The notes under the pieces: model-generated | Databases searched by the model: none | Told to the model about the DNA's origin: nothing | The model's input: only the letters and a program-made list of their open reading frames with translations | Made by a program: the position numbers and the translations under genes | Part shown: positions 9,601 to 60,779 of the stretch, one piece after another | Layout: each line of letters starts with the position of its first letter | Numbering within the stretch: the first letter of the stretch is position 1 | Assembly (NCBI GenBank): GCA_012026655.1 | Contig: JAAILG010000923.1 | Span: 1 to 64,000, forward strand | Reading direction: 5' to 3' | Length of the DNA: 64,000 nt | Origin: Hydrolagus affinis | Lineage: Eukaryota

Positions 9601-12324
9601 GTACATTAGTTATTTGCCAGGCAAGCATTTTGTTCTTCAGAATCTGTTGCTCGGTACGTTAAGTGAACTTGTTCTTTATCGTTGCAGGATCTTAACTACA
9701 GAGAGTGCCTTCATTGTGTTCAGACTGCCTTTTGTGTTCTTTCTGGTCAAGGTGGGTTCTTTTGTCAAACAAGTTTTCAACTATGTTCTTATAAATGTAT
9801 TAAGATGTGTCACATTTTTGTAAATTGAAGTTGATGATTTTCCTGTAAAATTACATCCAAATGATCATATTTTAAGGTACATTCCGATTATACATTTCAA
9901 TTTGCTTCAGGTGATGTGCTGAACATTGACCCCATGAAATTCTACAATCACCTTTACAAAATGTTGTTCAAGTTGCATGCTGGTGAGTTGCATACGAGTT
10001 TTATGATCCTTCTCAGCAATAAATGTTCAGTCAAAGATTTAATGGGACTGGGTTATTTTATGGATTTTGCTTTTGACTTGCATCCAGAACTGCATGTAGA
10101 GTTGTAACTTATATTATTGACCCATTGATTTACATCTATTCCCATTACATCTGGTGACTATTCGAAGCACAAAATAAACTAGATATGTAAAACACATGTT
10201 GTAAAATTTTCAATAGATATATCCTGGAAATTTGACAGGATCATGATTTTATTTTACAGGTCACACAAACAAAGATGTCTTGATTGTGCTACAGTGTTTG
10301 GATGCGATGCTAACAAAACGCAGAAAGCAAGTTTCTCTACAACGTGTCCTTGCTTATTTTAAGCGCTTGAGTACACTTGCACTTCATGTTCTGCCTGATT
10401 CATCTATTGGTATATTGGCTTCCAACAGAGTATTAATGACAGTAAGTTCTATTAGAATAATTAATTCACACTCATGTTTTTAGAAGAATGTCCCACATTG
10501 CATACTGACGAGCACTTGAAGTAAATGTATAGGAATGTGGATAATTAAGTGCATTCAGTGTGCAAAGCATTAAATAAGCGTGAGTTGTCAGTTCAACAGC
10601 ATTGGGCTCCTCTCGAATCTGACATGTAGTTCATGCAAATCTGCGACTGTGCAAGTGCCTTGGATGATTGTCCTGATGTGAAAATACAATTATTTTCATT
10701 GGCAAAAAAACCTCTAAATTGCTAGACATTGTATTAATAATATTTAAGCTCTCTGCGACTTCGTCCGGCATGGAGGGCGCTATATAAATCAAAGTTGTTG
10801 TTGTAATAGCAATGTTGATCTGAAATTTAATGTTTGATCAGACTATTTTTCCTCTCTAGACATTTCCTAAAATGGATATTTTACTAGACAATGAGTCTCA
10901 GGGAAGTGGACTTTATCTTCCAGAACTAAATGAGCCTGAACACTGCAATGCACAGAACACTGCTCTGTGGGAGTTACATTATCTCATGGTAAATTCTTTT
11001 TGTAATTCGATCTCATATCTAGCACCACACAAATTAGTTAGGGAGCTGTGTGTGAAAATGTTTGAATTTAAGGTAATCGATGAGAATTGTGTGTATTGGA
11101 GCAGTTTAAGGCTTTTGCCATCATTTTAGCAGTATACTTGGAGACTTTTACTTGAATAAAATTAGAGAATTATTTAAATTAATGTTTTAGAGTTGCATGA
11201 GTAAATTATAATTTCATGGGAAATTCCTGTTGGAAACAGATTCAGTTATGTTGCGGACTTAATAATTGACCAACTGCACCGTTCTGGCCAGACCTGCTGA
11301 TAAGTACAGATTGTTTATTTCAACTAAATGACCATAACTCATGTTTTTTCCACTAACTCCCATTTTCCTTGTTTGGTTATAGAGGCATTATCATCCTGTG
11401 GTACAAAGCTTTGCAACGCATCTTAGTGTTGGTGCTCCGTCAGAAGGCTCAAGAGCTCTGAGACCCGAACTTTGCAGAAAGTAAGAGATTTTACCATTTT
11501 ATATAAACCCAAGTGTCAATCCATGCTAGTCATTCAGGTCCTTCTGTTAGACAAGTCTGGTTTGTTGACAAATTCTAATTTATTGTCCATTCACATAATT
11601 GAACCTACAATGGCACACACTTGTTTTGTTGAGGTCATCTCATTTATGAATTAAAATGTTAAGAACTGGTTTTAAGACAATAAATTAGAATTTGGAGCAG
11701 GATTTGCCACAACTTCAAGTTTTGGCTTTAGAAACAAATGCTTTTGTGATTCAAATTAGTTAATTCCAGAGTTCCCTTTAATTTAAACTGATGCTTCCAC
11801 TTAAATAGCTTCATGAAGATGCTAGGTCACTGTTTGAAATGTAATAAGTGCCTCATTTACAATTTATTGGTAAGTTAACAAACTAAATAATAATCTAAGG
11901 TGGCACATGATTGTTTTGGAAACTGAAGAGATTTGTATGTTTGTGCCAGGCACGCTACAGAACTATTTGAGGAGTACAGTATGAACGAGATGACATTCAA
12001 TCCTCCAGTCGCATCCTCTGTAACAACAAACAAAAAGGTAAGGCTTTAATTGTTCTATCCATATTTTAGTTCCAGCGTCGAGACGTCCACCTGACGTGAA
12101 AGTTGCTATATATATACAGCGTAATTTTGTTGTTTTTGTTAGTTGCTTCTGTACCCTGCTTATCTATTTTTTTCATTCCAATATAATTTCAGACGCCTGC
12201 AATGCAGCATATGTTCCACGACTCAGCTTTGCAACAACAGATCAACCAGCTCCTTGAAAGCCCCTGCATTACTGATGACTTCAACTTTGCTGAAATTTTC
12301 CATGCTGAATCCACCTGCAGCTGA
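565..12324 (+). CDS. NOC3L: NOC3L (nucleolar complex protein 3 homolog), 5'-partial multi-exon gene, 19 coding exons in window
   Basis: Spliced exons total 2180 nt in one frame to TGA 12322-12324; peptides such as [62 protein letters not shown] match vertebrate NOC3L. Confidence 0.96.
1653..1810 (+). CDS. NOC3L: NOC3L exon (in-window 2)
   Basis: tacag|T...CCAA|gtaaga; EPIHVKK...[22 protein letters not shown]. Confidence 0.93.
2237..2447. mobile_element. MITE (Tc1/mariner-pogo type), short copy 1
   Basis: TIR CAGTAAAAGCCTGTTTATCCGGCACC and its near reverse complement; preceded by TA; aligns with 6945-7133. Confidence 0.85.
2833..2895 (+). CDS. NOC3L: NOC3L exon (in-window 3), acidic 63-nt exon
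   Basis: ctctag|TT...GAAG|gtatgg; [20 protein letters not shown]; phase 1-1; not in ORF track. Confidence 0.85.
3615..3739 (+). CDS. NOC3L: NOC3L exon (in-window 4)
   Basis: cttag|TT...AAT|gtatgt; [12 protein letters not shown]...[12 protein letters not shown]. Confidence 0.92.
4334..4495 (+). CDS. NOC3L: NOC3L exon (in-window 5)
   Basis: aacag|ATC...AAG|gtacag; [13 protein letters not shown]...EETAK. Confidence 0.95.
4946..5039 (+). CDS. NOC3L: NOC3L exon (in-window 6)
   Basis: ttcag|GTG...AAAG|gtactt; [31 protein letters not shown]. Confidence 0.95.
5901..6076 (+). CDS. NOC3L: NOC3L exon (in-window 7)
   Basis: tccag|AT...TCG|gtacgt; WKQMKLKKS...PLMNDASKS. Confidence 0.95.
6945..7133. 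mobile_element. MITE (Tc1/mariner-pogo type), short copy 2
   Basis: TA-CAGTAAAAGCCCGTTTATCC...GGATAAACAGGCTTTTACTG-TA; TIRs plus TA target duplication. Confidence 0.9.
7198..7326 (+). CDS. NOC3L: NOC3L exon (in-window 8)
   Basis: ttcag|ATT...GAG|gtatat; [19 protein letters not shown]...NYEIKSE. Confidence 0.95.
7421..7705. mobile_element. Two oppositely oriented 3' SINE fragments
   Basis: 7421-7590 minus and 7601-7705 plus; same family tail. Other 5'-truncated copies near 766-815, 1195-1330, 2570-2630, 3015-3070, 3830-3962, 12930-12976, 17010-17120, 25540-25660, 45425-45505, 56950-57060, 59180-59310. Confidence 0.85.
7884..8150 (+). mobile_element. CR1-clade LINE 3' end
   Basis: Degenerate [27 protein letters not shown] ORF2 end and 3'UTR ending ATTCTATGA; similar to 46040-46308. 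Confidence 0.85.
8182..8313 (+). CDS. NOC3L: NOC3L exon (in-window 9)
   Basis: tgcag|GTG...AAG|gtatta; [10 protein letters not shown]...LSRKQRK. Confidence 0.95.
8425..8505 (+). CDS. NOC3L: NOC3L exon (in-window 10)
   Basis: ttcag|TGG...CTG|gtacgt; [27 protein letters not shown]. Confidence 0.95.
8906..9006 (+). CDS. NOC3L: NOC3L exon (in-window 11)
   Basis: aacag|CAC...CAA|gtaagg; [18 protein letters not shown]...VLEGLA. Confidence 0.95.
9473..9545 (+). CDS. NOC3L: NOC3L exon (in-window 12)
   Basis: catag|A...GGG|gtgagt; [24 protein letters not shown]. Confidence 0.95.
9688..9751 (+). CDS. NOC3L: NOC3L exon (in-window 13)
   Basis: tgcag|GAT...CAAG|gtgggt; [21 protein letters not shown]. 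Confidence 0.94.
9911..9982 (+). CDS. NOC3L: NOC3L exon (in-window 14)
   Basis: ttcag|GT...GCTG|gtgagt; [23 protein letters not shown]. Confidence 0.95.
10260..10441 (+). CDS. NOC3L: NOC3L exon (in-window 15)
   Basis: tacag|GT...ACA|gtaagt; [17 protein letters not shown]...NRVLMT. Confidence 0.95.
10860..10988 (+). CDS. NOC3L: NOC3L exon (in-window 16)
   Basis: tctag|ACA...ATG|gtaaat; [12 protein letters not shown]...LWELHYLM. Confidence 0.95.
11383..11480 (+). CDS. NOC3L: NOC3L exon (in-window 17)
   Basis: tatag|AGG...AA|gtaaga; [32 protein letters not shown]. Confidence 0.95.
11950..12037 (+). CDS. NOC3L: NOC3L exon (in-window 18)
   Basis: gccag|G...AAG|gtaagg; [20 protein letters not shown]. 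Confidence 0.93.
12193..12324 (+). CDS. NOC3L: NOC3L terminal coding exon
   Basis: ttcag|ACG...AGC TGA; [21 protein letters not shown]...[15 protein letters not shown]; phase 0; divergent C-terminus. Confidence 0.82.
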   Translation, partial: TPAMQHMFHDSALQQQINQLLESPCITDDFNFAEIFHAESTCS

Positions 12325-12732
12325 TCAGCTGGAAGCATTTGGATATTAACTCCAAGTGGAACTCTCAACAAATACATTTTATAACATTAAAATATTGCAC
12401 ATGCAGATATCTGAAATAGAACAATGGTTGATATAGATCTGAAACACAAATCTTTAAATGCTCTGAGGTGCCATCCGGCATGGAGGGTGCTATATAAATC
12501 AAAGTTGTTGTTGTTGAAAGGGAAAATGGAATGTTTCAGTTCCAACTGTAAGGCTAATCGTGGTATCCATGCTTCATGTATATAGGTAAACGTATTTGTA
12601 TGAAACATCTTACCTTTAAAAATTTATTAAAGGACAAAACATTCACTCTGTTTCTGGTGCTTCAAACTTATGTGGAGTTCATTTTAAGAAACAAACATAA
12701 AATTCAGCACTTAATCCATATGTACACACGAG

Positions 12733-12738
12733 AATAAA
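12733..12738 (+). terminator. Candidate NOC3L polyadenylation signal AATAAA
   Basis: First canonical AATAAA after the stop, followed by T/GT-rich sequence; ATTAAA variants occur earlier. Confidence 0.5.
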
Positions 12739-13752
12739 TTTTCAGATTTTTTTTCTCCTAATTGCCCTAACTCAGTGTGTTTATGTAGTAAGTTAAGTGA
12801 TGCATTTCAGCTGAAGTCACAAAATGCTGTAAAGGCAGCAGTAAGCATCTGAAAAGGAAACAAAATATTGGTTGGCCCTTCACTGCAGAAATAAACTAAT
12901 TTACCATTAATATTCGCGCTTTGCAACAGCTAGAAGATGTGAAAAGCACTATATCAAATGCAAGGATTATTATTATATGTTCCCCCACCTCTCTTGATGT
13001 CCAACAAGAAAACACTGGTTAATTTTTTTCAGTAGAGATACCTACTTTATGGCTGCTGGTGCTGCTTGAGGCAACCACAAGGTGGTGCATGAGAGCAGCA
13101 CAACATCACTGCTCAGTGTCCCCCTCTAGAAATAATTGCCCCCATTTTACACAGGTATGAACCCTACTTACCTAATTTCAGGTTGAGGTTTAATCGGCTA
13201 CAATAGCTTAGCAATAAAAACGCTGTTTAACAAACTTCCTATTGCTTCTCGAGCTAGGACCATCCTACACATTAGGGTTAACATGAGTCAAGTCGAAAGA
13301 ATCTGTCCCTATTGACTCAATCTAGCCAACAAGCCATCATCAACAATGCCTTTGACTACTGCACTGGTCTACAAAGAATCCCCCCACCCCCAGTGATTGC
13401 CTCAATTCCTCTTGCCAGGCAGGTGAGGAATTCCTCTTCCGCACCTTGCAGCCAAATCAGATAACTTCTCCCTCCAGAGGTTTTGTAGACCAGTACTTTT
13501 TCCTATTTTAACAGTTCAAGTATAATATCTTAGTTTATTTCTGTTTTCCAGACTAACTGAAATTTACAGCAATCCTGTCAACCAACTTTGATGGGTAAAA
13601 TATGATTAGTGGATAGAATTATATCACCAGAGATATTAAAGCTTTGAAAGCAGAATTATGATTTTAATCCTGAAATATCAATGTAACTTAATTTACCAGT
13701 CAAATAACCCACCTGTATAATTTTCTCATTGTTTAAACATGAATCAATGATA

Positions 13753-13758
13753 TTTATT
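13753..13758 (-). terminator. Candidate PLCE1 distal polyadenylation signal AATAAA
   Basis: TTTATT on + strand; on the minus strand there are TGTA motifs upstream and GT-rich sequence downstream. Confidence 0.45.
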
Positions 13759-14660
13759 CAGGTCAACACAACATTAATACACTAATTCCCAAAGTCAGTT
13801 ACATATAAATACAAATATTAATTCACAACACAATCCATATACAACCTGAAGATACATAGAAATGATTTTTGTAAAAAAAACTGACTTGATGGCAAAATGT
13901 TTCAACACTTGAAAGGATAGCATTGCACAAATAAAATTCTCACAAAACACCAACAACCTCAATACTGTACTCAGAAAGTAATCCATACAGGTAGAATAAC
14001 TAAATAAGAGTAAAGTTAAAAGAATTGTGGGTTTTACACAAGGTACAATGTGTTCACAAAAACAATTGTTTTAAGTATTTACCTTCAATATTCAATCACT
14101 GATAAATAAAACATTCACTGCAAGGAAAAATACATTATACAGTTCAACTGTAGTATTTGCAAAACTTTAAGACCATATTTACCAATTACTTTCTACAGAG
14201 GCCCAGTGACTCCAACCTGACCAGGTTTCAAATGGCACAAAGTGTGTTACATACCCGTTTCCCCCCTTTCATTTGATGAATCTGCACAGTCCCCTTCAGG
14301 ACGTCAGTACATTGGTATAAGATGCAGGAGAGTAGTGAGAAGGCACCACAATGTTTCTCATTAACTTCATTCAAAGATATATTCAAAAAAACAAAGAAAA
14401 CACTCCCCAGCAAAACCATTGGAAAACGTCAAATTCTAGAGGAAAATGCATGGTTGAAACTCTCATAGGTCCCTTCGGACAAGGGTGTGGAGGCTCAGTT
14501 AAGACTAAACAGCTGCTTACTATTAGTGCTTGGATCTGGAACAGAAACACTTAACATTCATCAGTAAATTGGGAATGAATGTGTCAATAAAAAGCTCAAA
14601 AGAGAATCTGCCCCTTTCAGTTTATTAAGGGGTCAAATCAGTGATCAAATCATTAGTTGT

Positions 14661-14674
14661 GGGGGGGGGGGGGG
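14661..14674 (+). repeat. G14 homopolymer
   Basis: 14 consecutive G. Confidence 0.9.
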
Positions 14675-17600
14675 AGGTAAGTATAGACTTTGTGGCCATC
14701 TCTTTTAGTAGCACATTGCGTTACCTCTTATTTACAACGTTTCTAATCCATTCGAACAGTTTTAAAATAATTACATGGCAAAAAAGGTAGGAAATAAATA
14801 CACACTGACAACAGGAAAGTGCTTTTTATACAAAGATTATACTCCTGGTTCTAAAATGGTGCAAGATGTTACAATTTCTGCTCAAAACTTTTATTAATGT
14901 ACTTGCTGTCTGCCACTAATATTTAAATTCAAACTCCCCAAATAGGACTTAGCTCTAACACAAAAGGAATTGTACTCCCAAAGTACTGTGCCAAAGTTTA
15001 ATTTGTTACCTTAGAGATTTATTTGTAGTATGTAGTAGCTATTTCTGTAGCTTAAACAGAAATGTTTATACTAGCTTTCCTACTTACTGTCCTTTCAGGC
15101 TGCTATTTATAAGAAAATCTGCTTATTATAAAGTAAAATACAGCAATTTCATAGAGAAATTAGCTGGAACCTGTGGGACAAAGCCTTGGGAGAGAAAGCA
15201 TGATCCATCACTGACTTAAAAATGATGAATGCACAATGGAACTAATGCTGCTTTAAGAGGAAAATCAAAACCACAACTACTGTATTGTACTTGCTGGTGT
15301 CCAGTAGCAGTTGCCAAACTTTTTAGTCTGTTTGGCTACATATTAGGAAATGATAATGTTGCGAAGAGTTATCATGGACATAGTTTCCACATTGACAACC
15401 TATGTCCTCTGTCAAGCCTTTAATTATCACTCCAGTTCCCCATTCCTAGTTGGAGCTGCTGAATTGTTAATTAGTTTTCTAATTACAGTAATGCCCAACA
15501 AGGAACAAACTCTTGTGAGCGGCAGCTTTGGGCACCTTCAGGAGATTCAGTCATTTGGCATTTACACAAAATTGGCAAACACCACACAATGCAGCTCAGC
15601 TGAGCCACTCCACCCAATGCAGCAACTAAACGAGCCCTATTTCAAATGTTTTGACATTTAACTGCTTATCGTTAAAACATTTTTGTTAAAAACGAAATCT
15701 CCTGACAGAGCACCTTTTCTTAAAAAAAGTAAAAGTATCCGTAAAATAATAAGTTACTTTTAGGAAGTTCTGATCCTGTTAGACGGTTGCATTATTTAAA
15801 AAAAAGAAAATATAAAGTACTCTATATACACTATTGTCATATGTGTGGAGAGAACAAATGCGGTTCTTTTTACAGGACATGTTTGTTATATGTATCAAAA
15901 TAAGGTTACTCATCGAAACAAACAGGTAATATAAATGTAAGAGCACATAGTGTTAAATCTCTGCTTAAATAAATAATTGACATCTACCAAAAATATTTAA
16001 TAAAAAACCTAGGTCAGTGTCTTTTACATCTAAAAATGTGCATGATTTTATACTGAAGTAAAATAATTAGATTTGCTTTCATCTGAACACTCCTATTAAT
16101 CTGATCTGTGTCCAACACAGTCCAAAACTAATCATCATTCCCTCTTTCAAATTTAAATATCTGTAAACTGCAACTAAAATGAACTCTAGCCATGCGATAA
16201 CAAGTCTGTAACTATTAAACTAACACTGGCTTCCAACATGATCCCAGTTGAGGAAGAATAGCAAACTTTTGAACATCTACAAGCCTTTTTTTAAATGACT
16301 GTTGGGGAACATGTGGTAGGGAAAGTGCACGATGATTTACAACAAGAAAATAAACGCTCTTGGGGTTCTACGCCTGGAAGCCTCCAATGCTCAGTCTAGC
16401 TGAGGCCATTCTGTCCATTCTCCTGCAAGATCTCATCCTGCATTTGCAGGGATCCAATTTCTGGCTGTTTCGTTCATGCCTGTTGAAACTTAAGTCCACA
16501 AAGAAACAAGCCTGCTTGTACGGAACCGAATCGTTGCCAGCCCATTCTCCTTTGTGTCACGTTAATTAGTGATGCACTTCATTCCAGTGGCTGGATTTCT
16601 TACTTTACCGAAGCCGTTTGTGCAATTTCCAGTTTTTTTTAAAAAAAGAAGAGCAAAACACCAAGCGACTGAGGAAGGGCTGACGTCACACTTGCTAGAA
16701 GTTTATGTGCCTCACTTTGGCACAGTCCTGCAGAATTTCATATTACAACAACCTGTAAGAAACAGACCTGAATCAACTGTGAACAGTAGTCTAAACTAGA
16801 AGAAGAAAGAATCTTTCAAAGTCCAAATGTATTTTGTTTTAAACCAATGGAGAAGAATAATCTGAGGTTTTTACTTCAGGCTGCAAAACTACTGTATTTG
16901 GGAAAACACCAATTTTTAAGAAATTCTAATTCAACACATCTGTAAGAAAAAGTCAGTTTAGCACTTGGCATTTAAAAAACATACAAATTGTATAATAAAT
17001 ACATCTGGCATTTAATATTGCACCTTATCATGTCTTTGAAATGTCTCAAAGCACTTCATAGAATATACTAGAAAGTGAATTCACAATTCACTTTATAGTA
17101 TATTCTGTGAAACGCAGTTAGATGATATGGTGTGTCATAGATCCCATTTATATATAGTGAAACACTAATAACGAATGCCTGGGCTAACCCCACATAACTC
17201 ATCACTCACTCGGTATCCCACCTATTTCCCATGAGAAATATTAATTATGATCCTCTGATGTTAGTCACCAGGATATCTTGTAACTAGTCAGGTTTCCACA
17301 TTTTTAAGATGACATTTCTGTGTTACAAACCTCTGACAACTCAGCATTTTATTTGGGTATATCTGGATATCTATCTATATTCTAAAACGAACAGAATTAT
17401 GTGAGTCAGTGTGTATGGTATAAGTTGGGGTCTGGAACTGACCTCGATTCTGATTCGGGGATGTCACGAGGAGCGTATGTGCTGTGAACTGTGTGACATT
17501 TACAAGCTAAGGGACCTCCAGTCCATGTGAGCACATCCAATGCTCAGTTCACCAGGAGGATCTGAGGAGCACAGGCTCACAGCCCAAGAGTAATAATTCA

Positions 17601-17909
17601 CAAATCAACAGCAAGTGCATCAATGATTTCTTTACAATGACTTATATAATGGGTGAACATGAAAGGAATTGTTTGTCAGGGGGTACGTTCTAAATTATAA
17701 CTCTAAATAACACATGCATCATTTTGGATTTGTGGAAGTTGTGCAAACACAGCTGCGGGTTGTACTTTCACTGAAGTGCACTTGTTTTGTGTTTACAGAA
17801 GAAAGGAAATCTGGAGATAGCTCTTACATGACCTTTGAATGAGGTCAGGTATCAGTGGGGACCAAGGCACTTTTTTTTGTACTGGACTATTTCATTTTCA
17901 TTTTATACC

Positions 17910-18260
17910 CAGGTAGATCCCACTTAACGTCGTAGTTTGGTTCTTGAAAAGTGCGACTTTAAGCGAAACAACGTTAAGCGAATCCTTTTTTCCATAAGAA
18001 TGAATGTAAAAACTGGAGTTAGGTTTTTTTGGACATTTTCCGACATTTTTTTGTCTAAAAAGAACATTATATTCACTCCTTGACTGCCTGCCTGCCAGGC
18101 TCACTCACTCACTCCCTGACTGCCAGCGCGGCTCACTCACTGACTGCATGCCCGGCTCACCCACTCGCTGCTGGTCTCACTCACTGCCGGCTGTCTCTCT
18201 CTCTCTCTCTCTCTCTCTCGCTGCTGGCCTTGCTCATTCCCAGGTCCTAGCGCCGTCATG
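17910..18260 (+). mobile_element. Tigger/pogo-like transposon end fragment with (CTCA)-rich tract and (CT)n microsatellite
   Basis: CAGGTAGATCCCACTTAACGTCG...GCGACTTTAAGCGAAACAACGTTAAGCG resembles Tigger subterminal repeats (from memory); CpG-rich; only one end seen. Confidence 0.5.
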
Positions 18261-18841
18261 CTCCCTTTCCACCCGCTATAAGTCCTCATCTTTATAAAAT
18301 TCAAACGCTGGGCATGAAAGCAATTCACTCCAGGTGTGGCTGTGTGTGATTTATATACACACAAGTCTTGCCAGGCATTTCATGTAGCTCAGCCTAACCT
18401 GCCATCCTGCTGTTTTCATTATATTTCAGCCAATCCATCGCACAGAGGCTGGGACATCAATTCACTGGGCAGAAGCTTCAGAAGATTCTGAGAGGATTGG
18501 ATGAAGATGGACCCTCAGCCTATTTGATTTTATTCTTGCAAAATACTTACTCTTCTATCCCGTCATTGCAGCATCGGGCACATCACACAGATTATATCCC
18601 AATACGCAATGATTGTAAAATCTTATCCCACAGGGCCTAGGTTGGGACCTTGAAATTTGCATTACAGTGTAGACAACACCAGTGTCTAAGGTCACTCATC
18701 ATTTTGGATTTTGAGGGCCACCTTTAATTTAGTGGTTATTATCCAATCCAAAATAAACTGCTGGATATGTGCTGAAAGTCAATAAACTATTAAATATTAA
18801 TCCATACCTGGGCGTCACAAACTGCAACCACATGACAGGTG

Positions 18842-58912
<40,071 letters not shown>

Positions 58913-59666
58913 CTAGAAAATAAAAACATTTTTTACCGTGAATTACACGCATATAACGTTGAGAACAACAGTTACTTGAATGTGAAATACTGTATAAGGT
59001 TCCAGCTCAATTTCAAAATAATGTCAAATTGTTTGAGCAGAGTTAAAGCAACATCAAACAATCAGGGAATATTTTAAAACAATTTAAACACAGAGCTTTA
59101 CAGCAATATTTATGAAGTTGTCTTCTCTTAATGCTTTATGCAGAATCAGGCGAATTCAAAGTTTTTTTTAAAAAATCCCATATATTTGATAAAGTGCCTT
59201 ATCACATCGTTGAAACATCTCAAAGCGCTTCATAGAATACATTGTAAAGTGGAATAAATGTCTATTTTGTGGTCAAAACATGGCAGCCAATTGTGCACGG
59301 CAATGTCCCAGACATTGAGCAATAACTCTGGAAAATTGTGGGCATTTTATGTGTTTAGTTTTAATGAAATCTTTCTGTGCTCTCAGCAACCACTAGGGAC
59401 AAGTTTGTGAGATAATGTCTTTGTTTTCATTGACAAATTCATCCTTTTCTATGCTATGCTTAAGGTGTTTTGACTCACTTACCTTTTACCTCAGCCAAGT
59501 CGCATTAATTGTCATTATTCACTTGACAATGAGCATTGGCAGCCTATTCATTCATGATGGAAGCAAAGTCAAGAACAGTCCCATCACTATCCTTCATCCA
59601 CATATGTATACCTTACAGCAGGGCTCTGGTAGGGGCCTGGAGCAGAAAGCTTTGCTAATATTTAGC

Positions 59667-60779
59667 AAAGGGGAAGGGGAAGGAGAGTGGGAGAGGGGGA
59701 AGAGTTAGGAGGAGAGCCAAAGGCATGGTTGAAGAGGAAGGTCTTGAGACCGGCCTTGAAAGAGGAAAGGGAGGAAGCAAGGTGGAGGGGCTGTGGGAGC
59801 AGAGAGACAGAAAGCCCGGCCGCCGATGGTTGGGCGGTTAGGGCGGTGGACGTGGAGCAGGCCTGAGTCTGCTGAACGGAGGGGACAGGCAGGCTGATAA
59901 GGAGACAGTAGGTCAGAGAGATAGGCAGGGGCAAAGTAAGAACAAGCATCTTGAATTCGATCCTCTGGATGACGGGGAGCCAGTGGACACGGGCGAGGGT
60001 AGGAATGATGTGGTCGCGAAGCCTGGTGCGGGAGAGTACACGAGCTGCAGAATTCTGAATGATCTGCAGCCTGTGAAGGGAAGAGCTGGGGAGGCTGACG
60101 GGGAGAGAGTTCCCATAGTCAAGCCTGGAAGTGATAAAGGCGTGGATGAGAGTTTCGGCGGCGTGGGGAGTGAGGTAGTGGCGGATTCTGGCAATATTAC
60201 GGAGGTGATGGAAGAAGACTGTGCTGGTCATGGAGTGGATGTGGGGAAGGAAGGACAGTTCGGGGTCGAACAAGATGCCCAGATTCCTGATTGACTTTGA
60301 GAGGTAGAGAGAGCAGCCATGAATGCTGATGTTGTCAGCGCCTGAGGTGCGGAGGCGCTAACATGAGCCATTCAGGAGGGCTGCTGTTGTGTTGATGTTG
60401 AGTTGTAGGAAATTTGCCCTCGTCCAGCACTCAATGTCGGACAGGCGTGCAATCAGAACGTCGGTGGTCCTGGAATCGAGGGTTGACGTGGATAGGTAGA
60501 GTTGGGTTTCATCCGCATACATGTGGAAATTTACCCCATGTCTGCACATGATGTCACCCAGAGGGAGAGTGTAGAGGGTGAAGAGCAGGGGGCCAAGGAC
60601 AGAGCCCTGGGGAATGCCGCATGTGACTGTGCGGGGGCTGGAGGAGAAGCCGTTGGAGGAGACAAAATGAAGGAGGTGGGAGAGATAGGACCAGAACCAT
60701 TCGAGGACAGAGCCTTGCAGGTTGAGGAGGGAGGAGAGGCGGTGGAGGAGGATAGCGTAGTTCATGGTATCGAAGGCAG
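59667..60779 (-). mobile_element. L2 LINE ORF2 fragment (RT plus C-terminal region), frameshifted
   Basis: ORFs 60358-60765 ([17 protein letters not shown]) and 59662-60273 (LIHAFITSRLDYGNSL, LQIIQNSAAR, HWLPV). Confidence 0.93.

Larger units (their letters stand above)
13735..16752 (-). other. PLCE1: Putative non-coding terminal exon (3'UTR) of PLCE1
   Basis: Strong acceptor tctgtttcttacag|G at 16753 pairs with donor CAG|gtatgg at 18807; region is AT-rich and nearly free of the SINEs; 3' end inferred from the polyA signal. Confidence 0.5.

Noticed and set aside
686-12192. C/D-box snoRNAs in NOC3L introns
   Set aside because: By eye I found no RTGATGA...CTGA pair with a terminal stem; a covariance-model search was not possible.
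12316-12384. Selenocysteine or read-through at the NOC3L TGA (…TGC AGC TGA)
   Set aside because: Protein length already matches the roughly 800-aa family size; no SECIS-like element recognised; stop context is TGA-TCAG, not the TGA-CTAG read-through motif.
14661-14677. Functional G-quadruplex
   Set aside because: Simple homopolymer, prone to length error, and reads as poly-C on the PLCE1 transcript strand.
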